From NCBI GenBank assembly GCA_030704615.1, contig CM060733.1, forward strand, positions 47,740,001 to 47,804,000: a stretch of 64,000 nt of DNA, written 5' to 3'. The notes below the pieces were generated by a model. That model was given only the letters and a program-made list of their open reading frames with translations. It ran no database searches and was not told the DNA's origin. The stretch is from Takakia lepidozioides (lineage: Eukaryota; Plantae; Bryophyta). This document shows, one piece after another, positions 25,042 to 37,187 of the stretch. Both the position numbers and the translations under genes were made by a program. Positions within the stretch are counted from its first letter, which is position 1. Each line of letters begins with the position of its first letter.

Positions 25042-25939
25042 TATTAAAGGGCTGTTTGAGACTTAGACGCTTTTACGGGTTCTGTGGGGTACCCTTAATT
25101 TTGTGCAGACTTACAGATGGTAGACTTAGGCCACACAGGTTTAGGGGTGGTAGACAGGCTCACACAGTCAAGTCATGGATTATCACAGCCCGACACAGCC
25201 CGACACAGCTTTGCACAGCCAGTCACAGCCCGACACAGCTTTACACAGCCAGTCACAGCTCGGCACAGTTATAGCCCAACACAGTTTGGCACAGCCCGTC
25301 ACAGCGCACAGAGGGATCGGTTATCATTAGCAGGGAACTATTGTGTGGAAACGACGTCTGCAGAGGGAACATGTTACTTCAGGGGTGACAATTAGTTAGT
25401 TAGGCAGTTGGAACAGCTCGCAGGTAGTTTAGGCAGGGCAGCACCAGGTAGGGGTGACTTCACGGAGAGCGATTCTTGGTCATGCATGGGAGGAGATCAG
25501 GCGGAGAGCAAGAATGGGAGCAAGGATGGAGGAGGAAAGATGAACAGTAGATGTTTGTTACATGTAAAGCTGTAGTGATATTGTAGGGCAGATTAGAGCC
25601 ACCATGGCATTGGCCTGATACCTGATAAATCATAATCTGATACTTATTCAATACAATCACACTGTGTAGAGAGACATGAGTGAAGTTGTGGAATGAATGG
25701 ATGAGTGAATGGAACTTGGTAGATACTGAAGAAAACTGATGCTTCAATATACACAGCAAGGTAAATTGCTAACTTGAAGGCAAGAAGAAATACAAATAGG
25801 AAGCACAACCATGATTCACTAGCTATAGGTCATGACTGATTGTTCTGAGCGGGCTGAGTGCTTAGAGATATCCAACTCTTCTATCTTGGAGTTTCCACCT
25901 CGGATAGCGAAGGGATGGGTGAGTAAAAGCTGTTCGACA
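25042..25939 (+). repeat. 5' LTR
   Basis: TATTAAAGGG (TG mutated to TA) ... GTTCGACA. Aligns with 36247-37187 and contains a CACAGCC short-repeat array at about 25180-25310. Confidence 0.95.
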
Positions 25940-27299
25940 TTTGGCGACCATTATGGGGAACTGGGTCATCAACAACCAGATGTGACAGGCATCTGGTGGG
26001 ATCATGGTGGTTGGAGAATTAAAGAATTTGATGTGAATCAAATTCCCTGTGGAACTGAGAAGGAAAAATTGTCCAAACAATTCTTTCAGAGGTTCTTGGA
26101 ATTGCCAGACGGTTGTAAAGAAAATATTCTTAAGAGAGTGCATGATGCTGACCCTGAGTGGGGTCTGGAGAAAAGAGTGATAAAGATTTATCAGGTGGCC
26201 TGTAGAGGGAGAGCACGTTGGTTACCAACACTGGTTTATGTGATAGCATTGCTATCCATTAAGCGAGTAGAGTTTGAAGGCTGGGAGGAAAGAAAAGTGA
26301 ATGTTTACACTCATATGCATGAAGAGCTTGTACTGGTAAAGAATGGGATTCCTAAAGATATCATGTGGATCAAACTGACACCAAGAACGGCTTTTCAGAC
26401 GTGCTTGCCATATGGATATATGGTAACAGAGACCTCTAGTATAGCCAAGGGTGCATTGAAGCTTGAAAGAAACCGGCATATACGAGAGATACTACAGGAG
26501 AGAGTTTTGGTTATTGCCTCATTAAAGATATGAAAGACATGGGACATGAGTGATGAAAGAGAAGCTAGACTCCAGAGATATTCAGCAAAAAGAGAAAGTT
26601 GTCTGAAAGCTAATTATCCATATCTTTGGGAGAGAGGAATAGACATAGGGGAATCATCTGGACCTCTCACACCATTAAGATCAGAGAGTACATCACCCAT
26701 ACCAGAAGAACTAGAGTTGGATGCCACTCCTTCTTATTCTTTACAAGAAAGGTTAAGGGAATTGGTACAGGAAGAAGATCAGCCACGAGGGGAGAGATCT
26801 GAGGTACATCCTTGGATAAAAGATTTGACAGAAATCTTTGATAAGAGTTGGCATGGAACACCAAAAGCAGGAACTCCCAGTTCTGAACGGAGACGTAGAA
26901 GGAGGAGAGGATGTGGCAGAGCCAACGGAGAGTTCAGACTCTCCAATACCATTGCAATTGAGTTACATGAGTGAAGAGAAGAAACCCAAGGCAGAACTTG
27001 GAAGATGAAAAAAGAGAGAAGAAATTGGAAGATGAAGAGTATGAAGAAGTAGACCCAACAGTTGAGGTTGAGACTATGACCAGGACATCCCAACTTGTTG
27101 GACCTGGATCAAGTGGAGCACTTGGATCACAGGCCAACGAGGTGTCGGCTCAGGGGGATCAGGCGGGTAGCCTGGATCTGGCTCTGGGGGGACAGGGATT
27201 GTGGGAAGTAGTGCAACTGGAGCTGGTAATACTGTGAATATAGTGGGGCCAATAGCAGGGAGTGCTCAGGGGCCAGCACCTGGTGGGAGTTCCACCACT

Positions 27300-28600
27300 A
27301 CTACAACAGGTCCTCAAGGACCAGCACCAAGGGGGACCAGCACCTGCCAGTGGCAGGGGTGTAGGGCCACAGATGGCGGTACAACCAACACGGGCAAAAC
27401 CACATTTTCCAATATATGCAGGGAAAGGGGATCCTGATGTACACATAGCCAATTTGACCACATGTGTATCGTGAACAATGAAAATGGCGATGATGCCAAG
27501 ATGAGACTGTTTTCATGTTCACTTATTAAGAAAGCAAGTGAATGGTATGCAAGATTCCCTGATAATCATTTCCTGACCTGGAATGGCCTTAGTACGGCAT
27601 TCCGAAATAGGTTTAGGACAAGCAAAACTGAGGACAAAGTGTATGGAAGTTTACAACAGTTAAGGCAAAACAAGCATGAAACTGTTGAAGAGTACATGAA
27701 AAAGATTGAATTAATGATGAAAAAGCTGGCTGCTGTACCAGCACCAGGGTTACAGAAGACTTGGTTTGTGAGTGGACTAAGACCAGAGTTGCAAAAGAAA
27801 GTGGATATGCTACCCCATAATACAGTGGAGGAGGCATTTGAAACAGCTAACAGAATTGAGCAATTGGGAATGCTCAGGAGAGAGAAGAGGGATGATGAGG
27901 AGGAAGAGCAAGAGCTCAAGTTGAAGAGTAAGAAGAAGGAAAAGTTGAAGAGGGATAACTATGAGAAAAGATTGGAAGAGATCTTGAAGAAGTATGCCAC
28001 AGAGGCTGCAACACATTGGAGGAAGGGTGTTTGGTGTGCAAAATGCCAGAATGAAGGCCATACCACAGCTGAATGCCACATGAAGGAGAAACACTGTACT
28101 ATCTGTAAAATGGATAACCATTCCACTGAGAATTGTTATTACAACAGAAGGACAGCTGCAAGAGAACCTAGGCAAGTAAGGGTGCATCAAGTGCAGCCCC
28201 AGCCAAGAAGAAACAGTGATCAGGACCACTATGGTAGGCCTGGTGGTTATAACAATGGTATGGAAGGGAGAGGTAATCCAAGAGGGAATTACCAAGGCAA
28301 TCCCAAGGGCAACTATCAGGGTAATCCAAGGGGGAATTACCAGCCAGGGAATCAGGATTATAGAAATAATCCCAAAGCAGATCAAGGGCGAGGACCCAAT
28401 GGTGAAGAACTGTGTTACTATTGTAATCAGGCAGGACATCGCAAGGCAGCCTGTCCATTCTGGATTAGACACCAGAATGAGATGAGAGCTCCTGTGAATG
28501 AGGGGCCAGTGGTGGCAGCTCACATGGTTAGGCCATGTTTTGTACCAGAAGTGAGTACGATGATAGTAACCAGAAGCAAAGCAAACTAATACCTCCAGTA
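27300..28600 (+). pseudogene. gag (Retrotrans_gag plus three CCHC knuckles)
   Basis: FPIYAGKGDPDVHI; LFSCSLIKKASEWY...TWNGLSTAFRNRF; LRQNKHETVEEY; FVSGL; knuckles CAKCQNEGHTTAEC, CTICKMDNHSTENC and CYYCNQAGHRKAAC. Confidence 0.92.
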
Positions 28601-28819
28601 GATGAGGAAGATGATGATAATGAAGATGGCAGTGATTTGCCTGAAGATGATGAGGCTTGGAGAGATGAGAAGGAACTACACAAGGAAGTGGCTGATACCA
28701 TAAGGAAAATGCAGAAGAGTACTGATATCCGTATGGCAGATTCCTCTGATTCTGAAAGAGACGATGAAGTGAAGAAAGAAGCTGCACAAGTGCAGGGTAA
28801 TGAAGGGACTTTGCTGAAG

Positions 28820-31800
28820 TAATATGCCAGTCCAAAGCGGAGATTACCATTGGACAGCTATTGGCTATGGCACCTCATTGTAGGCACAGGCTGTATCAAG
28901 CAATCAATCAGATTGCCCATGTGACAGGGAACACAGACCTGAACAGCAAGGACAAGTTATACTGTGAAGCCAGAAGGGCGAGAAACAGTCATGGACTTTG
29001 ATGATTCTATGCCAGTAATCCAATTGAGAATTGGAAGCACAGACTTGACTGATGTACTGATAGATGGAGGCTCTGGAGTGAATATCATGATAGACCAATT
29101 AAGGCAGAAGCTTGGTCTAAGTAACATGAAACCAGCCCCATTCACAGTAACAATGGCGGATCAAAGAAGTGTTCAGCCATTAGGCTTGATAAGAGGAGTT
29201 AAGATACAGATTCAAAAGATGATCTTTAAGATCATTGAAAATGGATGATGTCATGGAAGCTTACTCCTTATTGCTGGGTCGACCATGGCTGAAACAGGCC
29301 AGGGTATTCCATGACTGGAATTCCCAGTTACTAACTGTGCATGATGGGAAGCGCAAGATACAAATCACCACTAAGAAATCTAGTAGACTACCTGCTCGAG
29401 AAGACCTCGAGGAGTCAGAGGTATGACTGGAGAAAATGACTTGATGAGAAGCAGGAAGCTACCCTATTCGCTGCACACCCAGAGTGGGAGCAGGTTGCAG
29501 AAATGCAACTGGAAGGCCTAAGTTGTTTAAAAGGTATCTGCTGTGGTGTAGTAACAGCAACACCAATTGAGGGTGAAACAAGCAGTTACCCACCACATTT
29601 CTATGAGGAAAGAGAGGGAGAAATGGAAATCCTAGAAGAACCAGCCACTGTAAGTTTACAGGATGAAGTAGTGACTGGTTGGACAATCACAGCTGATGAG
29701 CAAGTGAGAAAATGATGGGGAACTGAGAAGAAAGAACGAGAATGGTGAAAGTAGGGGCTGACTTGGAGCCAGAATTCTTTGAGGAAGCTAAGAGTCTGTT
29801 CATCAAATACAGAGATGTATTTGCTTGGAGCTATGAGGATCTGAAAGGGATACCACCTAAGATCTGTCAGCATAAGATTGAACTGGAACCAGGGTCAGTA
29901 CCAATCAAACAGGCAGGGTACAGAATGAATCCCAACTATGCACAGAAGGTTGGGGAAGAGATCAAGAAGTTGGCTGAGGCTAAGTTCATATATCCGATAG
30001 AGTATACAACTTGGTTGTCACCCATTGTGATAGTTCTCAAGAAGAATGGTAAACTGAGAGTTTGTGTAAACTATAAGAAGTTGAATGCTTGTACAAGAAA
30101 AGATCCAGTCCCTTTGCCATTCACAGAAGCGGTACTGGACACTGTGGCAGGCCATGAGATGTATTCATTCATGGATGGCTTCAGTGGATATAACCAAAAG
30201 GCAGCAGAAGAAGACCAGGAAAGACAGCTTTCATCACAGACTGGGGTGCCTATGCATATAAAGTCATGCCTTTTGGACTTTGTAATGCACCAACAACTTT
30301 TCAGAGAGTGATAAGTGAATCTTTCCATGAGTATCTGGATGATTTCATGCAGGTGTTCTTAGATGACTTCAGTGTGTACAGTTCTAAGAATGAGCACTTG
30401 CATAAATTGGAGTTATGTTTGGCCAGATGCAGGATGAGAGGTCTGGGCCTGAATCCAGAAAAGTGTACTTTCTGTGTGAACTCAAGGGTACTTTTGGGAC
30501 ACATTGTGGGTAAGAGGGGATTGCTTGTGGATCCCAGAAAGACAGAGGCTATTAAAGCCTCTCCACCACCAGGAAATGTTAAGAGTCTAAGGAGATTCCT
30601 TGGACAAACCAGTTATTACAGAAGATTTGTCAGACGGTATGCACAGATAGCAGCACCATTGAGCAAGCTTCTGAAGAAAGATGCAGTGTTTGCATGGACA
30701 GCTGAATGTCAACAGGCTTTTGAGGAACTTACATTGTTAGTAACAACTACACCTGTGCTGATTAACCCTCACTGGCATGTAGTATTTCATGTTCACTGTG
30801 ATGCCTCAGGAGAAGCATTGGGAGCAGTGTTAGCCCAAAATGTTACAGGAAACATAGATTCACCTGTGTAGTATGCTAGCAGGTTGATGAACAGTGCTGA
30901 AAGGAACTATAGCACAACTGAAAGAGAAGCATTGGCAATGATATATGCAGTCAAGAAATTCAGGCATTACCTATTGGGAAGGAAGTTTATGTTTTATGTG
31001 GATCATCAGGCTCTGATTTATCTGGTGAACAAGCCTTTGATAAGTGACATGATAGCAAGATGGTTAATAATCTTGCACGAGTTTGAGTTCAAAGTTGTTT
31101 ACAAGCTTGGCCATTTGCATCTTGTGGCAGCTCACTTGTCACGCCTACCAACAGGAGAGGCCGCCACGGGAGTAGACGACCAACTACCTGATGCGAGTTT
31201 ATTTGCAGTGGAGGTGCAGGGAAGTGCAGATGATGGTTAGATTGGCAGTGGCCAATCAGATACTACCTTACTCATGGTCAGTGCCCACCTAATTATGGGA
31301 AGGAGCAGAGGAAGAGAATAGCTATCAAGGCTTTACCTTACACTATGATAGGGGGCAGAATGTATAAACTAGGACCTGATGGAGTTCTTAAACGATGTTT
31401 GTACCACCATGAAGTAAATAAAGTTTTGGAGGAAGTTTATAAAGGAGTGGCTGGAGGTCATTTTGGAGAAGAGACTACCAGTAGAAAGATACTACTTGCA
31501 GATTACTGGTGGCCTACATTGTTCAAGGATGTACACAAATATTGCAAGAGTTGTGATGAGTGTTAGAGGCTAGGACCATTGCAGAGATCTGGGAAGGTGG
31601 CTTTGCATCCTACGATGCCTACTGAACCATTTCAGAAATGGGGACTAGACTTTGTTGGACCAATTAACCCACCAGCCAGAAATACATAGAACAAGTATAT
31701 AATCACAACCACTAATTATACTACAAAGTGGGTGGAAGATAAAGCTCTGAGGGACAACACAGCTAAGTCTACAGCAAGGTTCCTGTATGAGAACATACTT

Positions 31801-32500
31801 ACAAGATTTGGTTGTCCCCTGGAATTTATCAGTGACCAGGGAAGTCACTTCATTAATGAGACCATAGAATTATTGACTAAAGAGTTCATGATTGTGCATA
31901 GGAAGAGTACAACCTATTACCCATAGGGTAATGGGCGGCAGAGGCCACCAACAAAATACCATGTACTATCTTGGCTAAGATAGTCAATGCAAACAGAACA
32001 AATTGGGTTTCAAAGCTGCTGACAGCTTTGTGGTCATACAGGACTTCATATAAAGTCACCACTAAGTATACACCATTTCAATTAGTTTATGGTATGGAAG
32101 CTTTACTTCCAGCGGAGTTCTTGTTACCTACCATGAGAACTGAATGGGGAAGGAGAATGGAATTGGAAGATTCAATAAGGTCAGGAAACATGAATTATAC
32201 CATGTGGAAGAAGTACGTGCTGATGCAGCAGATAACATGACCAGAATTTAGATGATGAGGAAGGATCAGTTTGATGAAGGTAAATTAAAGACTTTTAAGA
32301 CGGGAGATTTGGTACTGTGGTTGCAGAAGAAGGGAAAGATTAAAGCTTCTAAGCTTAAATCACCATGGAAAGGACCTTATGTCATACAGAAGATGTATGA
32401 TAACAACACAGCCATATTACAAACCATTAACAAAGAGATGCTGGAAAGAGTCAATGCCAATAAGTTGAAGGAATACAGTGGTATCCATGACAAACCATTG
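28820..32500 (+). pseudogene. pol: aspartic protease, RT, RNase H, integrase (stops and frameshifts)
   Basis: PR: VLIDGGSGVN...LLGRPWL. RT: WLSPIVIV.KKNGKLRVCV, MDGFSGYNQ, MPFGLCNAP, VFLDDF. RH: CDASG, ERNYSTTEREALA. INT: GGHFG...CDEC, WGLDFVGP, ISDQGSHF, WKGPY. Confidence 0.97.
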
Positions 32501-33325
32501 CGACACGATTTGCATGTTGAAACACAGAAACAGTCACGGGTTGCACCGGTGATACCAACGGAGTATGGAGCACTTGTTATTAAGCCGAGTGTGTATGGCC
32601 AGGGCGGAAGGTACAGGTGTTCGCATAGCTATCACAACCCACCATAGTGTGACCCAGTCTATCACAGCCCACCACAGTGTCACACAGTCTATCTCAACCC
32701 ATCACAGCATCACACAGCCTATCACAGCTCGTCACAGTGTGACACAGCCTAACACAGCCCACGCGGGTTGCATAGTCCATAGGGTTAGTGACAGGTGGAG
32801 GTGGGTTAACATCAGAAAAGTGGTCGGCGGGTGAAAGGACAGCTTGGAAGTCAAACTCGGAGAATGTGCCACGCGGACAGGGGAAGACGGAGGCATGTCT
32901 AAAAACGAACACGTGGCCACTAGGGCGAAGCACACCGCGGTGCATATATTGCAAAAGTGGGTGTCATCATGCAAGAGGACAAACTGGGCCGTCAAAGTAC
33001 CTAACTGGTACATCAGCCAAAACTATTTGTGGGCCCATTAATGCATTTAGGGCAAAAGTAACGGAACCTTCAGTACATAAAATGGGGACTTTTGCCACAT
33101 GTACTGTCCTAGTGGACATTCCAGGTGGGAATGTCCACTAAGGGGGGTAAAATTAAGAAGTTACCCAAGGAGGCAACAACCAATTAGGAGCGAGAATTTT
33201 ATGCAGGTGGTTCCCTCCACGAAACAAGAACAAGAATTTAGAAGAGTTATGAGCGGAAGAGTCGGGGTGACTCCGAATAACAGTGTTTCGACGGGAGGGG
33301 CAATCAAAGCTATAGCTTTGTAGCT

Positions 33326-36208
33326 ATGGCGGATATTACAGATTATACGCTCGCTTTACTTCTTACGCAGTGGCGCAAGGACGGACGGGGTGAGAGTACA
33401 TTCTCTCTCACAGCTGCAAGGCAGCCTTGGTGTCCTCCAACTCTTTCTATAACTTGAGGTTGGCCTCCACATCTACCTTATTTGCACACTCAGTGGCAAT
33501 TCTAGCCTCAAATTCCTGCTTGAGTTCCTCCCTCAAAGCTGCCAATTGTGTAGATGGAACATGGGATTTCACATAAGTGCCCAACAAATTGAGTGTCCTG
33601 CTTATGGAACTCATAAGCATGGCCTGTTGTGGATCTTCATGGTGAACTTGCTACTATTCTTCTATCACATGCACAGCAGGGATTTTCCTTGTCAAACTCT
33701 GTACCTTTAGTACCACTGGTTCCCTGACCAAGCCACAGTTTCATAGAGAAGGTCACCCTTCTCAATTTCTGCCACGACCTGCTCTGTAGTGGGAATGTCC
33801 AAACCCTCTCCTTCCAGAGCAATAGGCTCTGGTGCAACAACATGTACTAACTGAGGGACCTCTGAGACAACCGAGTCAACTGGCTGTGATGGTTGTGGTA
33901 CCGAAGAGACTTCTTCTTCCCTTTCCAAAGGTCGTGCTTCCAGTAATAACAGCCTTTGGTGCTGTTGTTTCCCCATCTTGCACAAGAGCTATGGAAACAT
34001 CATCATTTCGCGGTTTCCTTGAAGCTAGTGGATCTGCCACTATAGTCGTGTCCCTCCTTTGTCTCTTAGACTGGTGCCACCTTTCCTTTCCAATTCCCTT
34101 CTTGGAAAAAATTGCCTATCTGCAATCTTGCCCTGTGCTCATCGACATTTAACGGCCTGATGGCAATTCAAAACAATTGCTGCAAGTATTGGGGAGTAAT
34201 CTCTCTATTAATCTACTTATGAAACTCCCGTCTGAGGTTCAAAGTTCTGAATGAATTGTATCGTGAAGGATAAATTGCAGGAGGTAAAGGTGCTTCATAT
34301 AGAGTTGGAAGCAGTTCATCAGAAAATGACCATCCAATGCGCCACGCTAACAACTGCTCTGCAACAGACTGCAGCAGAAGTTAACAAACAAGGAGAGAGG
34401 TGTATGATAGTGGGGGCCGAGACAGTGGAGCAAAGGAAACTCATTGCTGAGTTGACGGCTACTATCCGTGGCAATGAGGATACCTTTTGACAATACAGTC
34501 GGATGGAGGCAGAGAAAGAAAGGTACATCCTGGAGTTGCAGCAAAATCTCACGGGCCAGAAGAATGAACTTTCTGTGGCTAACAAGGCTTGGAAGGAAGC
34601 CAATAATTTGGCTGCTGCCTATGCAGCCCTGGTTGACCCTCATGCAAAGCGCATGGAGGCTTTATAGTAGCAGTTAGATGTGTACAGACTTAAGGAGGAG
34701 CAGACTCTCAGGGGTGCTACGCAAGACTTGGTGGATAATCATCTTATACAAGTATGGTTAACACAAGGGACGGTGGAAGGGAAGGCACCATGCAAGCTCA
34801 CCCAGGGGGAGATGAATGATCTCAGGTTGTAGGTCCAGAACATTGCCACAACTACTATAGACAATGTCTATAGTAGAATAGCTGAGTTACAGGATGATAT
34901 AGAAGGGCTGCAGACTCAAGTGGATGACCTGAGCTCAAACATTGACAACAGAGCTTTAGTTCCTGAAGAGCAGCTCATGGCTACTTATCTGCAGGCCAGG
35001 ACTTTGATTTTCCAATCTTCATCACATGAGGTGCAAGAGTTGCCAGCAGTAGGAGGGATAGCGGCGGCAATATCACAACCTCCACAGCAGGTTGTTGTGC
35101 AGGTGACTGACACTGTTAATACCATGACGCAGCCACAGTCTGAGGTTTGGGGGGATGCTGTTTTCAACCCACCTAGAACTCCTGCTGCACGAGAGTACAA
35201 TCGAGCTATGATTATGCATTTCAACCAAATTCCCATTGTGATGGATTTGGCCTTCAGTCCTCCACAATCTCTAGCACATTATTACCAAATCATGCGCATT
35301 TGGTTGCCAGTGGCAACTCGGACTAAGGTTCTTCCAAACAATCGACCCATTGAGGATCATCACTTTGCAAGGTATTGATCTGAGGCAGGCACCATGCTGA
35401 AGGAATTAATTGTCTTCCAGGTTGTTCATGGGTACATCTACACCAAGACCAAGGAGATATCTAGTATTGTCATGGGCTGTGGATTGTACTATGCTGCTTG
35501 TTTATGGCACGTTATCACATTGAGCAACAGAAGATGCAATCACGATTTTTGAGTTATTCCAGTGGGGATCATTGGGTCTTACCTTCAGTTCCGCCCCATA
35601 TGTATCTCTATGATGCAAAAGTCATGATGCAGAAGGATTCCCAACTTCGTTCATGGTTTAATTTGGCTTGGAACATCTTGGTCAAAGAAAAATTGGGCCC
35701 TGATGATATTTTCTATAAGGGACATGAAGCTTGGAAATACTTACACTGTTTCAAAGTCATTGGCACACCTCTCACCTATACGGCCAAGGAGTTCAGGGAG
35801 TTCACTCATTTTGCTTGCAAGCGTTTACAGCAAGTAGTATAGTTTAAGCTTCCAGACATGGTGGGCCAACATTGTATGCCACGCAGGATTCCGGAGGAGC
35901 CACTTAAAGTTAGGCCGCCAAAACACCTCAGGGAGGAAGATGATTCTGATACTACTGGTTCTTCAGAGGAACCTTTTGACATGACGGAGGACTATGCACT
36001 CCAGATGGCACAGAGGAAATGACGGGGATCTCCTATACCTGAGAGGTTACCTCGTTATCAACCACAGGCGGATCAGACATTTCCATTTGGTGCTCAATCA
36101 CCTCCATCAGCCAGTGACAGGGCTCGAGCTCGCACACAGAACCCTTCAAGAGACTCTCACCGTCAGAAGGGTGCTCGCTCACAAAGGTTTGCTGATCCTA
36201 AGCAGTAA
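33326..36208 (+). pseudogene. Long 3' extra ORF (about 960 codons after correcting an internal inversion), function unknown
   Basis: Starts ATG 33326 (MADITDYTLALLLTQWRKDGRGESTF), continues on the inverted segment 33399-34253, then through a coiled-coil-like region and a conserved C-terminal region to TAA 36206-36208. Homolog in uninverted orientation at 47290-49341. Confidence 0.75.
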
Positions 36209-36246
36209 ACCGTGAGGACACGGCTTTTTGAGAGGGGGAGGAATAA

Positions 36247-37187
36247 TGTTAGAGGGTTGTTTGGGACTTAGACGCTTTTACGGGTTCTGTTGGGTACCCT
36301 TAATTTTGCGCAGACTTACAGATGGTAGACTTAGGCCACATAGGTTTAGGGGTGGTAGACAGGCTCACACAGTCAAGTTATGGGTTATCACAGCCCGACA
36401 TAGCCGTCACAGTCTATCACAGCTTATCACAGCCCGACACAGCTTTGCACAGCCAGTCACAGCCCGACACAGCACGACACAGCCCAACACAGCTTTACAC
36501 AGCCAGTCACAGCTCGGCACAGTCACAGCCCAACACAGTTTGGCACAGCCCGTCACAGCGCACGGAGGGAACGGTTATCATTAGCAGGGAACTACTGTGA
36601 ACAACATCTGCAGAGGGAACGTGTTACTTCAGGGATGACAGTTAGTTAGTTAGGCGGTTGGAACAGCTCGCAGGTAGTTTAGGCAGGGCAGCACCAGGTA
36701 GGGGTGACTTCACGGAGAGCAATTCTTGGTCATGCATGGGAGGAAATCAGGCGGAGAGCAACAATGGGAGCAAGGATGGAGGAGGAAAGATGAACAATAG
36801 ATGCTTGTTACATGCAAAGCTGTAGTGATATTGTAGGGCAGATTAGAGTCACCATGGCATTGGCCTGATACATGATAAATCATAATCTGATACTTATTCA
36901 ATACAATCACACTGTGTAGAGAGACATGAGAAGCTGTGGAATGAATGGATGAGTGAATGGAACTTGGTAGATACTGAAGCAAACTGATGCTTCAGTATAC
37001 ACAGTAAGGTAAATTGCTAACATGAAGGCAAGAAGAAATACAAATAGGAAGCACAACCATGATTCACTAGCTGTAGGTCATGACTGATTGTTCTGAGCGG
37101 GCTGAGTGCTTAGAGATATCCAACTCTTCTATCTTGGAATTTCTACCTCGGATAGCGAAGGGATGGGTGAGTAAAAGTCGCTCGACA
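36247..37187 (+). repeat. 3' LTR
   Basis: TGTTAGAGGG...GCTCGACA with canonical TG...CA ends; the CACAGCC array is longer than in the 5' LTR. Confidence 0.96.

Larger units (their letters stand above)
25042..37187 (+). mobile_element. Full-length non-chromovirus Ty3/gypsy LTR retrotransposon (Athila/Phygy-like), degenerate
   Basis: Two LTRs; TSD CCTGT (25037-25041, 37188-37192); PBS-like TGGCGACCATTATGGGGA after 25939; PPT GAGAGGGGGAGGAATAA before 36247, preceded by hairpin CCGTGAGGACACGG. Domain order gag-PR-RT-RH-INT; no chromodomain seen. Confidence 0.96.

Noticed and set aside
27810-28850. 346-aa minus-strand ORF (likewise 57650-58678)
   Set aside because: Antisense shadows of gag and of the MULE transposase.
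33400-34250. Genuine antisense ORF in the gypsy 3' region
   Set aside because: Explained by an inversion; the sister copy has this segment in sense orientation.
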